Origin: Selaginella moellendorffii
Taxonomy: Eukaryota; Plantae; Lycopodiophyta
Assembly (NCBI RefSeq): GCF_000143415.4
Contig: NW_003314271.1
Coordinates: forward strand, 2,214,806 to 2,278,805
Direction of reading: 5' to 3'
Length of the DNA: 64,000 bases
The notes below the pieces were generated by a model. That model searched no databases. It was not told where the DNA came from and saw only the letters and a program-made list of their open reading frames with translations. A program made the position numbers and the translations under genes. Positions 23,458 to 36,845 of the stretch are shown here, piece after piece (positions within the stretch are counted from its first letter, which is position 1; every line of letters begins with the position of its first letter).

Positions 23458-26377
23458 ATGGCTGTGAGGCTCGCGCTGGGGCGCTGCCCGGGGAATCCCG
23501 AAATGCAGGAGGCATCCGGCTTGCCGTGGGGCGCGACGCTCACTCCATTCGCCGCCGAGGACGAGACGGGGCGGCCTTCGTTGCGGGTGAAATGCGCGGC
23601 GCCGCTGCCCCGCTGCGACAGCTGCTGGGGGTACATGAATTTCCTGTGCGAGGTGGATCAATCGGCGTGGTCGTGCGTGCTGTGCGGCGAGCGGAATTTC
23701 CTGTCGCGCGACGCGGCGGATCGGTTTGGCCGGGATGCCAAGGAGCTGAGGTCGTCCTTTGTGGATTTGGAGCTGGAAGGTATGGATCGGTGGATTCCTG
23801 GGAGAATTGCGAGTGATTTGAGTAGTGGAGTTTTCTTTGCAGAGGAGGGCAGCCAGGATCTTAACTTGAGGCCAGTTTATGTGGCAGCAGTGGATCTATC
23901 AGGTGCACATTTTTTTATTTCTTTTTCATTCTAGAGCCATCTAAAGAGCTGATCTCACAGCGTCGGAGGAGTTCCTCGATCTTGTCAAAAACTCTTTGCT
24001 AGCTGCTCTTGAAGGTAACGATCCTCGCTACTAGTTAGTAGCAGTTCTTGGGTTGATGATCGGTTCTATTCCACAGCTATACGTGCTGGATCCTTGTTTG
24101 GTTTGGTAACGTACAGTCATAAGATTGGCCTCTATGATGTGCAGGGCGCTGTCCCTGTCGTCAAGCACGTCGTAATTCCCGCAGACATGGATGGGAAAAT
24201 AGTTGTTGATTTGGAAGATGTCATGCCTTTGAAAGCTTTTCTTGCTCCGGTACTGTTTCTTTCCCCTCTTACCATTGTTTTTCTAGTTTTGACGTCCAAG
24301 AGTTTTCTCGCAGGTGGAAACGAACAAAGAAAACATTGCTGCTGCTTTAGAGACTCTCCGGCCGACTAGCTCGTGGGAAAGAGCAACAGCTGCTGGGCAA
24401 TCCGCCGAGGGAGTTCCCATTGGAGGCCGTGGATTTGGCGTTGCTATGGACGCTCTTTTGAGTTATCTAGGCACAGAGCACGGGTCTACTTATGCTTTTG
24501 GTGAGCTTCAAGTGTTCAAAAACAAACATACTAATGGTGTTGCATCCCCAGCGAGGATATTTTCTTTCATATCTGGAGCACCTGATTATGGAGCTGGTCA
24601 GCTAGACACAAAACGCTACGGAGAGCAGTATGCAAGCAAGGGAGAAGATGCCGACAAGATCCTCTTGGCAGAACAGACTCCCTTTTATCGAGAGCTGGTA
24701 AGCTGATAGCCGAGCCTCGTGTGCAGACGCTTATCAGTGACATTACAGGCAGCGACGGCTGTACAAGTGGGCATTTGCGTGGACATTTTCGCCATCACCA
24801 ATGAGTACACAGATCTGGCCTCTTTGAAGTTTCTGAGTGTGGAGAGTGGTGGCTCGCTTTTTCTCTACTCCAACACCGAAGAATCAACTTTGCCCCAAGA
24901 TTTGTATGTATTCGATTTTTGTCGATGCATTCTTATTTGACGGGTTCGTTTTTCAGATATCGAATGCTAAGCCGGCCTTGTGCCTATAGTGGAGTACTAC
25001 GCATTAGAACTTCTCCAGAATTTAAAACCGTTCACTCAGTAAGTACAGTGCGCTGGATTCGCTGACTACTTACTTTGTGCTCGTACAGTATGGCCACTTC
25101 TTTTCTGATCCTCAATATGAAAATGTCCAGCATATTATCTGTTGCGATCCTCATGCAACTTACGCTTATGATTTTGATTTTGGAAATTCTAGTGGGTTTC
25201 AAAGGTTTGTTACAAAAGCTTTTAATTTGCATGACCAAAATCCTGATGCTTTCAGATTTACGGACACTCCCATTATTCAGGTTGCTTTTCAGTATACGAC
25301 GTTGGAGCCCGTGAGCGAGGAGCACGAGAGTACACCGAAGAGGTATACACTGTTAGTCCTTTTCTCACGAACTGAGTCGGCCTGTGTCAGGCAAAAATAT
25401 ACGACGAAGAGATGGCTGAGGCTACGCACTTTACGAATGGAGATCGCTCGGAACCACAAGGAACTCTACGAGAGAGCTGACGCAGAAGCTATCTTCTGTA
25501 TTTTAACTCATAAGGTGTGTTTTGGTTGACGGGCGTGAGGATCTCCAATGTGTTGTGTCTCGCAGACGATTCGCGCTTCTTTGGAGGATGGTGTCAAGGA
25601 AGGACGACTCCTACTACAAGACTGGCTGATTATACTTGTTGCGCAATACAACGAGCTCCTTAAGCTAGCACAGTTCGGGCAGCCCACAACAGCAGTTCGG
25701 CTAGACGTTTCGTTTTCCAAATGTCCATCGTTACAAGTACTTCCTAGGCTGGCGTTTGCTTTCCTCCGAAATCCAGTTTTGCGGCCTCATGAGGAGGGCG
25801 TCCATCCCGATTATCGAGTGTATCTGCAATTCCTTTTCAGGTACAATGCAAGATAGTTGACAGCATTGTCTCACCCTTTTTCCTTTTTTATTTTTCATTG
25901 CAGTGCTCTCGAGCCAAGCTCCTTGGTACGAGTTGTTTATCCGCTTCTATCGTCCTACACTTCTCCTGACAAGCAAGCTTACCCGAGACACTCGCTCAGC
26001 CGTGCTGCACTGATAACCAGTGGAAGCCCGATCTTTTTCCTGGACGCTTACACGTTGCTTATTGTCTACTATGCGTCCACCGCAGACCCAGCGCTCTCAT
26101 TCCCTCCACCTCACAAAAGTAAGCTTTTGTGCCATCCAAGATTTAACTTTTAAAGATCTCGATGATTCTAGGCGCTCTCCGGGAATTAATAAACAAGCTC
26201 AAGCAAGAGCGAAGCGTGACACCTAAGCTCTACATGATCCGGGCTGGCTTCGACAATGTGGAACCGTTTGAAAGGCATCTTATAGAGGAGCAAGACGTCA
26301 ATGGGGCTCCCACCGGAACAGGCTTCGTATCTTTCCTGGACGAGATTGCGAGGAGCGTCTTGGAGCACATGAAATAG
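23458..26377 (+). CDS. SEC23D: Sec23/Sec24 family COPII protein (At2g27460/SEC23D-like)
   Basis: MAVR...QEASGLPWG, Zn finger RCDSC...WSCVLC, vWA-like YVAAVDLS and gelsolin-like IFFLDAY region. Ends HMK*. Confidence 0.9.
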
Positions 26378-27000
26378 TCGTCCAATCTCTCTCAGGTAGG
26401 CTACACAGTTTCGTCTCTGGCTTCCCGTTTCTCGAGGTAGTGAGGTTTTGGTTCCAGGTGTCTATTATATTCGTGGACATGATGGTGCTTCTAGTACCAG
26501 CCTCTCCTTGTGGTGCCAGCGAAAATATGCTCTCCGTCAACAAGTGCATCACAGCTGTTCATCGAAGAGGAGAGAAAACGTGCGAGTCTTCGTGCTTTGG
26601 AGCCTTTGTCCCGTGAAGCCCAGGAGCATCGACAAGACAAAACCATCAAAAAAAGAGATCAACGAGGGCATTGCTTTGGCAAAGTCGCCGAGAATCAACG
26701 CTGTTTTTCCCACACGAAGAAGGACGAGTAACGAACGGGACGACGCCCCTTTCTCGTGATCTTGGAGGAAAGCCATTAAATTCTTGGGCGGTGTGTCAGG
26801 ATCGTCCAGTCTGTTGGAAGATTTTTATTGCAAACATGGAGTGGTGAAAGTTTTTTTTTATTTTTCTTCCAAGAGCTCGCGAAGAACATCTATGTAAACT
26901 TCTATACTAAATGTTTCTCTACAAGCTAATTTATAGACTGACTTCTCTCCCGATCTTCGACTAACGAGGTAGTTTGATCGTCTTCGATCGTCTGTTTTTT

Positions 27001-27345
27001 TCACAGTGGCTCTCGCTTTGCTGCGACGCGCCGGACCTCCTCGTGGCTCCTGCGCGGATCCAGCAGCTCCAGCAGGTTCCCCATGGATCCCTGCCGCCGG
27101 CTGCTCTCGCGCAGCGACGCCGCCGGCGCGAGATCCGTGGCGCTGGCGCTCTTGGCGATCACGCTCTTGCTCTTGGCGCTCTTGGCCAGCACTACCTTGC
27201 TTGATCCCGCGGGAGGAGAGTGCCCGCACTGCCCAGTCTGCGCGTGGAGCGCGCAATTGCACTGCCAGTGGTAGTGCTTCTTCCCCGGCGCGCTGTCGGA
27301 CCCCAGGAAGAACTGCGCCACCACTGCCGGATCGATCGAATCCAT
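27001..27345 (-). CDS. Small (114 aa) intronless protein with SWIM-like CxC-x8-CxH motif
   Basis: True ATG at 27345, GC-rich coding-like composition and a TATA-like ATATAAAAA ~150 nt upstream (27497-27505). Motif WQCNCALHAQTGQCGH. Confidence 0.6.
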   Translation of the reverse strand: MDSIDPAVVAQFFLGSDSAPGKKHYHWQCNCALHAQTGQCGHSPPAGSSKVVLAKSAKSKSVIAKSASATDLAPAASLRESSRRQGSMGNLLELLDPRRSHEEVRRVAAKREPL

Positions 27346-27984
27346 TCTAGCGTCCTTGGATGGGATCTAAGCCCAGAAACCCAGCCGCATTGATCGAGTC
27401 TTCCTCCCAAGAAACTTGGAGCGCGCGCGCCTTTCTTCGCCTCTCTTCCTCCCTCTTCTCTCGCAAATGGAGCTCAAGCCAACGGCGCGATGGGGCTTTT
27501 TATATCCGCGCCGTCCAAACCTCGGTATCTTCGCGATCAACGAGCACCACTCTTTCTCCCTTGTTTGTCTGTGTTCTTCCCAAGGCTATAGCCCACACTA
27601 TGGACAAAGACCCTTTATTTTCCAAATATCAAACAGGTCATACGCGATGCCGCTACGCATTCCAGAGAGATCACCGACTAGTCATATTTCTTTCGCTGCC
27701 TTGATTGTTCTTGGCCAGATTGTTCTTTGTCAATGGATCTGGCAACCTACCAATGAGACTCTTGTAACAGCGCACCGCCGCGGTGGGTTTGCAGCGTGAA
27801 GTGTCTCGAGAGACAGTGACACCATCGCTAATCATCGTACAAGCTTTAAAAGTGTACTCTTTCTAGCCTTCTCTGCAAGGCGATAATCCAGTTAAGAGTC
27901 AATCTAAGCTTGAATTGAAGCAAACCATCGTACCTGTAACCGATCGGACAAAACTTGTATCGCCTTTTCTCCTGCTTGTCGTGC

Positions 27985-30541
27985 TCATTTGGCTGTTAGT
28001 TGTGGCCTTATGTCGTCCCTGCCGGCGCTAAACAGGGACGCGTACTGCCCGCCTCGGGCTATGAGTGACGAGTGCGTTCCTTCCTCCACCAACTTGCCAC
28101 CGTCAAGGAGGAAAATTCTCGCGGCCTTTTGGACCGTCTCCAGCCTGTGAGCTATGATGAACACCTGCGTCAAACTTTTGCTGAGCACTCGAATGAGATA
28201 TCACGATGAAAAACTTACGGTCCGGCCAATCATCAGCTGTTCCAACGCTTCCCTCACAAGCTTTTCGGACCGGTTGTCCAGCGCTGATGTTGCCTCGTCA
28301 AGGATGAGGATCGACGGCCCATGATATATTGCTCGCGCTATAGCTATTCTGCATATCCGCTGCTTAGAAAATGTAAAAGAAGGAAACAAGCATGGCATAC
28401 CTTTGGCGCTGACCTCCACTTAAGCTTGAGCCCCGCTCGCCGAGATTAGTTTCGTAACCATCTGGTAATCTCCTGATAAACTCGTCGGCGTTGGCCATCG
28501 TCGCAGCCCGTTCCACTCTTTTCATGTCGATGTCGTTCGACATCACCCCATAAGCTATGTTTTCCATCACAGTTCCCGTAAAGAGTGCCTGCCCCCATAA
28601 AAAGATCATTAATCTGTTACACAGTGGTTCAACAAGATCTTACAGTTTCTTGTGGAACAATCGCGACTTGTTGCCGCAAGCTTTCCAAAGAAACACCTTG
28701 TATATTTTCCCCATCAATTAGAATATTTCCTGTTACATCAAAAGTTTACTGCGAAATCCTTCATACGCACCACTCATACCTTGCGTAGGCTCGTACAAAC
28801 GCAGTAGCAACTTTGCCAGTGTGGTCTTTCCACCGCCAGATGGTCCAACGAGAGCAACAGTTTCACCAGCACACACGTGAAAATTAATGTTTTGCAGAAC
28901 CCGTGGTGATGTAGCCCCATAACTAAAACATACGTTGTCAAACACGACATCGCCGATCACATTCTTCAAGTGCCTACGAGATGCCTCTTCGTCAAGAATC
29001 TGCACCAAAATACCGTAAGTGACGCTGCTTAGATTGACAGGAACTTGCCTTTGGAAACGACGAAGTCAAGTCAAACAATCGCTCCACTGCCGGCTCTCCT
29101 TGTTTCATCTCATTGTACGCTTTTCCAATTTGCTGCATTCACAACTTCTAGATTTTGATAAAAAAAAACACAGTCAAGGAACAAATCTACCTGGATAGGC
29201 TCAATAAGAAGCACCAGAGATGTGATGAAGGACACCATGCCAGTCCCGTCGAAGTTGCCTTTAGAGATAACCCATGCTCCCAGAGCGAATAGAACAACTC
29301 CAGTTGCTGCGTAAGCCCCAGTGATAATCTCTGGAATAAAAGCCTTCATCTTCTTCTTCATGAGATGAGCCTGCCGATCAATAACAGCAAGCCTCTTAAA
29401 CCGTTCGTCTTCGTAAGATTCCGCCGCGCAAGCTTTGACGATTAGCATCGAAGGCAAAACCTGAAAAAAACCGAGCATCCTCAGTCCCAGACAGCAGAAG
29501 CTCGCAGTTACAAACCTCATTAACATAGGCTGACAATCTCGCGATGCTGTCTTGACCTCTTTTTGACAAGGCCCGAAGCTGTTCCCCTAGAATAGCAATA
29601 ACCACAGACATACACGGAACTACCTGAAAAGAAATGCTCCATAAACAAGCGTCACAGACGATCCTCGGTAAAACTCTCTAAACTTACAGAGACTGTTGCG
29701 AAGGAAAGCACGGGACTTAGTGAAAGCATTCGACCAGCCATAGCTGCAAGCTGTAAGAAACACGGGACAACCATCTAGAAGACAAAACCAAGATGAGCTA
29801 ACGACAAGAAAAAAAAATAAAAATCAGTGCTACCTTTAAGAACGCATAGATAGTCTCTCCAGTAGCATCCGCCTCGGCCGTGATCCGGTAAGCAATGTCA
29901 CCTTTGGCAGCTCCACTCTGCCCTTCAAAGTAGCTCATATCTTTTCTCAGCACCGTCTCAAAGACATGGCACCTGACGTCGCAAGTCACCCCAAGAGCAA
30001 CCTCCCAAAGCAAAGCCTGCTGCCAGTACTGTGCCAGTGACTTTGCGCTGATAAGGAAGATCGCCATGGCGGCCTTTCGGCGAACACTGACCAAATCCCC
30101 CGCGGCCAAAAGGCTCGAGAGCTGGCCGACCTGGGGAACGAAAGCGTAGAGCGCCGACACCGACACCGCGGCGCAGGCCCAGGCGCTGAGAATCCGTGGG
30201 ATTTGCGGCCGGAGGAGGGGAAGAATCTTGGGGAGGGTCTTGCTCAAGGGCAAAAACTGGAGCAATGCTGCGGCATCCAAGCTGAAATTCTCCTTCGGCG
30301 GGGACGATAATCCAGGCGCTGCTGGGATCGGAGACGAGGATGCTGCCGCAGGGATGAGGAAGCTGATCGCATTCCCTCTGCCCCTGCGCCTCCTCCTCCA
30401 CGTCCTCCGGGTTTCTAGAGACAGACCTGGAGCGGCGCTGCCGACCTTCCTGTATTGCGATGGCAATGGAGAGACGAGATCGAGATGAAGGGCGCAGCCG
30501 CCAATGGAGGAGGGAAGAGCGGCGAACGCTGTGCTGCCCAT
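27985..30541 (-). CDS. ABCB29: ABC transporter B family half-transporter, plastid (ABCB29/ATH12-like)
   Basis: Transit peptide, TM domain ([11 protein letters not shown]), Walker [17 protein letters not shown] and [12 protein letters not shown]. Confidence 0.9.
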
Positions 30542-32378
30542 ACAGAGCGTGCCACCAAGAACCCTAAACCTTTCATACCCTAGAGAAAACTGCCAGTTAA
30601 CATTTCTTTGCAAAAAGAGAGCATTATACTCAAAACGACAGTGGCAGTTGAACGAAAGAGATCCAATGGCCAACTTTTAATTAATGGGATTTGAGAGCGG
30701 CAAATTCAGCAATAAAAGTCCTCCATACTTAAGATTTCAACACTTTTTTAGAAGATTTCTAGCCTACTACATAGCATTATTTTTAAAAAGAATTCTCAAT
30801 ACAAAGAAAGAAAAGGGGAGGAATAAATCATTTGGAGATGAAATATTTATGTATATTCCTAAAAGTTTTATAAAGACTAAAATAACACAAAAAATGCACG
30901 ACTATTATAATCACAAAAGCCCAATGCTACTTTTTTAGGCCTCTTATCTCCCAATTGATTCCATCACAAGACTTAAAGCCACTTGTTACAATCTATGGTG
31001 CATGAAATTCACCATAGAGCACTCCACTTTTAATATGACTATGGTGCCAAAATAGTGTTCAATTGCAACATAATTCAAACTCATAGCTCCAAATGAATTG
31101 TGAACACCTTTTAACTCAAGGCCGAAATGTGTTACTTTATCTTCCATACAAGACAAAGTGTGTTAGCTCATTTTCAAAAAAAATTTATCCTTGCCATAGG
31201 GATTAAAGAAAAGTATTGGAGAATACTCTACTTGTGTAACATCAAATCATCTTTATTTGCCATTAACCTCAATCATGGTAACAATGCCAAAAATCCTCCC
31301 ATCTAAATAGTCATTATAGCAAAACACCATGTATGGTTGTTCAAAGAGAGTTTAAAATGAACTCTTTCAAGTTTTAATTGCTCTTATCAAGAGGATTTCA
31401 TGTGTATATATTTCTTTTTCTCATTGTTATGCACTTGGAATCTAACTCTAATATTTTGTCACAAGTTCATGGGAAAGTCCACCCTCACTATTTAGTGAAT
31501 AGTTATGATGGTTGTGCTATATTTTAGGAATCATTATCTCATTTTTCATCACATCTAGATTTATTATGTAAATGTAGAGAGAAAATTATAGGGAGTCTCT
31601 CCTTTTCAAAGGAAATAATTCTTCTAAGTGAATAAAGTTTCATACAATTAGAAAGAGTATAATAGTTCATTAAGTAATAGAAATCTTACATTTTATGTAA
31701 TGAGGTTAACACATGACCATATGCTTGTTTCATCAATGTGTTATATTGAAAGTCATTTATTGAGTAGTCCTCTAAAATAATCTTCTTTTATTATTACAGC
31801 AACACTTGTTAAGTACATTTGGGATTAAATTTAGTCCATCCATTCTTATATATAAGTAGGGGTTTAAACCCCAATTAATACCTATTCTCATATCTTGAGC
31901 ACTCACATTGGTGGAGGAAAGACTATAATTTGTCCTTGAAAGATTTTTAGCAGTGCTTTGTTCTAGTGTTGGGATTGTGTTTTTTTTTTTAATTCCTTTC
32001 TTATATATATATAGAGGTAAATTCCTACTCCTAAATCTGAAATTGTACGTATTGGATATCTTCTTCCTCTTATAAAGCATCCACAAATAAAAGTATCAAT
32101 CGTCAAACTCTAATACATAAATAAATAGTCTATACAATAAAAGGAGTGGTAAATTTAGTGCAGAAATAGAAATGTTGATTCCTTTTGGTGAGGATATTAA
32201 CATCTTTAGGGGGGTGAGTGTGATGCATGTGATTATGGGATAAAATTTAGATATATTATCACCATGGATCCTTGGAATTTTGGGGATAAATGGGGATAAA
32301 ATAGCCACTAAAGCCTCTTTTATCAAGTAATTGCCTCTTTTTTAGTTAATTTAAAGGGAGAGAGACTATATATTTAAG

Positions 32379-32700
32379 GAATGAGCATAAAGTGATCAAT
32401 AAATAAGCTTTTAAAGAGGGACACAAGAAATATCAACACATGGTAAGCATTGTGATATGAAAATGTCAAGACAAAACCTAAAAAGGAGTTTAAAAAGGAG
32501 TTTGAGATGAGTCCAAGAAGGAGTCTAAAACAAAGTCCAAGATGAAGACAAAACCAAGACCAAGACCCAGACACAAACTACAATTGAATCTGAGTCCAAG
32601 TTCAAGTCTGAGGATGAAAGCCCAAAGTGATCTTAAACCCTAAGGGTTTAGTAAGTCCCTGTACGATAATAAGGGGAGGACTCTAGTAAAATGAATTTGG
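32379..32700 (+). repeat. Dispersed direct repeat unit, copy 1 (with 6/12-nt minisatellite)
   Basis: Shares atgagcat...agggaca and gatgaaagcccaaagtga...ataataagggga with 36450-36845. Confidence 0.8.
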
Positions 32701-33113
32701 CCAAAGAAGGTGTGATTGAAGAATACTATATCAATATGATGGATGATGATATGAATATTAAAGAGTCCAAAGCTAGAGTGAATATAGATGGATAAATGAA
32801 GTAATTTGGTAAAGTGTTCAAAAGCTAATTCTAGCTCCCTATGTCACTTACGGGCAGAGACATATCACTCTTTTGTAAACTGGATGGCACCCAAAGCAAC
32901 AAGAGTGGCTAACTTTATTGGTTATTTCCTTGTTGGTAACAGTTGGAAGGTGTTTGAGTTAGTAGCACATTTACGTTAAACAAAGAAGCTCATTCAAATT
33001 GATGCATTTTTTATATAGTGTGATTACTATGAATTTTTTCTAGAGTTATTTTCTTAGTGGTGGTCTAAATTAGAGTTTGCATCGACAAGGATGTCAATCT
33101 TCTATAAGGGGAC

Positions 33114-34860
33114 GAATGTGATTGCGGGTATCGAAAATAACCTATCAGTTAGTCCTTTTAGATATTCTTTCTTTATTGCCACGATTGCATGAGGTCAATA
33201 TTGCTAGTTCACTTTTCAACCCCTCTTGTTGAAGTGTTAGTAAATTGAGCTTAACATCTGTATTTAGCTAAATGAATATAAAGTAGGAACTCTTATATGT
33301 TTTTGCTAAGCATACTTAGCCTAGCTCTTAGTTCATTTTTTATCTATATTGTATTGGCTTGACAAGAACCCTTGCGTATTGAGACTAGTTCCTCAATATC
33401 ACTAGATGATATGTTATTGTGTTTGCCAAACACCCTTGCTATTATGCACCTTATATTAGTTCTATTCAGTTTTAATTACTATTTATGGAAAGTGTCTAAA
33501 TTTGTTATTTAAGCATATTTACGGAATGTAGAGATTGTTTTGAACACAATGGTATTAGTCCCATATCCAAATTTGCAATTTAGCACCATTCCATATTTAG
33601 TAAATTTCAAGTTAATCCCAAAGACTAACTCTTGGTACTAAGGGTGACTAAGGGTGAAAACCCAAAGCATGTGTTTCTTAAGGGGGGGAACACATGTTAT
33701 GGGGTTCTAAATACATAGTAGGTATAGTGGGTAGGTTGGGCATGGTTGATGAATTTGAGGTATAATTTAGCTCTTGTTTGTATGCTGATTTTTATTTTGC
33801 ATTTGGCTTGGCTCTAAACCAAGTTTCACACCATCCTAGTTAGTGGAATACCTATATCCTAGCATTATGCCATTAGTATGTAGAAATAGCACTAGACTTC
33901 ATTTGGCTCTAATTTATATACTGGTCCTAGCATTGGTGTAATGCACATGAATTTGGAGCCAAACTTCAAGCTTGTTGCACTATGAAACAAGGGTTTAGTA
34001 CAATCCCACAAACACCAGCTCCTTGTATCCAACATTTATATGCAAAATGGTGTCAGACGGTGTTTGGCATAATTTTGGTATACCGGTGGCCTAATGCGAA
34101 GAGGAGGGTACCTCACCAACTAGAGAAGTATGGAGCTTGGGTTTAAACCCAAGTCGGACATAGAACAAGGAGTGACATAGTCCAACGGGAGCTAAACTAA
34201 TGTCTCAAATGGTCGGATATACATTCTAACCATTATCCTTACTATACATTTAGAGGCCCCTCCTACACCCACCCCCCCCCCCTTCCCCTTCTGAGGAACA
34301 CACACTTTGGGCTTTCACCCCAAGCCTCCCTTAGTACCAAGAGTTAGTCTCTAGGATAAGTTCAAAACTTACTAAATATGGCATGTTCCTAGATTGTAAT
34401 TTGGACATGAGACGAACACCATTGTGTTCAAGACAAGCTTAACATCCCGTAGATATGCCAGATGAACAAAACTAAACACTTTCTATAAATAGTATTTAGG
34501 ACTGAAACGAGATTAACACAAAAGGCATGATAGTGAGGGTGTTTGGCAAACATGGTATGCTATCATCTGGCGATATTGAGGGACTAGTCTCAATACATAA
34601 GGGTTCTTGCTAAGCTAGTGGAAGATAAAGCAAAAGAGAACTAAAAGCTAGCCCGAGAATGCTCAACTAAAAATACATAGGAGTTCCTACCTTATGTTCA
34701 TCTGGATAAGTATAGATGCTAAGCCCAATAAACTAACACTAGACAAAAGGGGCTATTTGAAGGGAATAAATAATACCAATCTTTTGCCGTCATGGTAGTA
34801 AGGAAAGAGTGTTCATAAGGAGAGGTTGATAAATATCTTTTAATACCCGAAATCACATTT
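33114..34860. repeat. Long diverged inverted repeat (~790 bp arms), probably the 3' end of an LTR retroelement
   Basis: agactaactcttggtactaaggg at 33622 pairs with cccttagtaccaagagttagtct ending at 34350. Each arm has a G-rich polypurine tract followed by TG. Confidence 0.8.
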
Positions 34861-36449
34861 GAAACAATTGGGATAATGGAAGCTCTAGGACTATTCTAAG
34901 TTGTTTTATATTCCCGTCATTTCACTCCTTGGGTTGAACGCTTAGGAGTCACTCTATGCTCTAATTCCTTTGCTCCTTAGTTATAAGTTTGGCAATTTGG
35001 CTTTGTAATCTTCATTTATTGGCTTAAGGCTCTGAAACTCGAGTTCCACTCTATTGTCCTTGGAGATGTGGCATGTGGCATATGGCATATGACACCTAGC
35101 ACATAGAGGGTTTAGGTTTTGCCATGTGGTTATCTTATAGTAAATCATTATAAGATAAAAGGTGAAAACCATATACACTACAAAGACTCTTTCAAGTGGT
35201 CAAAAGTATGGCTAAGTGATTAAAGTGGAATGGAAAATTTAGTAGCCTACACGTACCTTTATAATATATATATACATAAAGGACAAATTTAACAATTTAA
35301 ATATAAATGTTGAAAGTCTATATATATATTTGAAAATTCTAACAAGCTATTCCACCAAACCATAGATGATAAATAATTTTAAAGTGTGATGTATCCTCAG
35401 TTGAGATATTAAAATATAAAGTACCTCAACTATAATGTAAGACCATTGTCCTAGAGAATCTATTATGGAAAAAATGTTGAAATACCACTTAATTGAGAAG
35501 GAAGTATTTAATAACAATAAATGCATTAGCAAGAGCACTAACTTTCACCTAACAAAGTCAAGTAGCCAAAAAATAGTCAACCATAGAAAAAGCCCTATTA
35601 TGATAGAGTGACTATTATATTTATCAATGATGTTTTGATCCATTTGAAGGGAATATGGGGGGAGTATGTTTGTGAGTTTGGGGTTTTGAAAAACTCCATA
35701 TATATTGACATGGTTTTGGAATATTGTTTGAAAAATATTATGCTATAGTCACTTAATTATTGAAGTGTTATAGAGTCAATTGCAATTTTCCATTTATTTT
35801 AAGTTAGGTACCATTTGATTTACATTGGAAAGTTGTTTAAGCATTGTTTAAATAAAAGGGTATCACCAAGAACTCATGCAAACTAAATGATATATGAAAA
35901 AAAGTCTTAAAGATATCCTTTATACCCATTAGCACTAAAATCCAACTAACTAAATTTTGACAAGTTAAATTTTATATGATAGAGAGCCACTCTAACATCT
36001 CAAGAATTAATGCAAATGGATTCAATTAGAAATAATAACTTTATTCTGACTACAATAGTCAACAACCAAATGAAAAAACATATCCTTAAAAAAGATAGAT
36101 GCACCATCTAAAGACTAAGAATGCTATATAAAACCTTTATAAAGATTTTCTTTGATATATATATAAAAAATATTTAACTCTATTGGTGAAAGATAATAAA
36201 TAAGACCAAATGATGGTCATTTCCCCTTTATAAAATCAATAGAGTAATCATAAAGTTGATGTAGTGGCAAGATGTCAACTTTTCTCTTTAAAAAATATTC
36301 TTGAAGTCAATTTACTTGGAAGGAAGAGTGAATTTAATCCCAATAGATAAAGTTGACACTACATGAATAACAATTGTAACATATTTGGACCAAAAGCTTT
36401 AACTTGGAAAATCGAAAATGGGAGTGGAACTCCCAAAGAATTGTTTGAC

Positions 36450-36845
36450 AAATGAGCATGAACCGATTAATAAGCAAGTCTCTAAAAAGGGACAAAAGAA
36501 TAACTGACATATAATAAGTATCATAATATATAGAAGTGTCGAGACTAAATCCAAGAGAGAGTCCGAGAGCAAGTCTTAGACCAAACTTGAGACCAAGTCC
36601 AAAACTAGATCCAAAACTGAGTTTGAGATTAAGTCCAAGATTGAGTTTAAGAGCGAGTCCCAAACTAAGTTCTAGACCAAGCTTAAGACTAAGTTTAAAA
36701 CTAAATCCAAAATTGTGTCCAAGACTAAATTTGAGATTGAGTCCAAGTTTGAGTCCAAATCTGAGAATGAAAGCCCAAAGTGACCAGACTCTAAAGGTTT
36801 GGTAAGTCATTATAGAATAATAAGGGGAAAACTCCAAAAGAATTA
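36450..36845 (+). repeat. Dispersed direct repeat unit, copy 2, with expanded 12-nt minisatellite (agtccaagacta-like)
   Basis: Periodic array at ~36535-36765 that translates as SPRLSLRP-like low-complexity sequence. Confidence 0.8.

Noticed and set aside
23427-23458. (GATCGC)n self-complementary run before SEC23D
   Set aside because: Short low-complexity 5' UTR repeat; GATC/CG words are common in this genome.
26430-26780. Overlapping short ORFs between SEC23D and the SWIM-like gene
   Set aside because: No motif or consistent frame; likely 3' UTR or intergenic.
36334-36837. LGLxL-repeat and SPRL-repeat ORFs resembling LRR or structural proteins
   Set aside because: Translations of a DNA minisatellite in decayed TE sequence.
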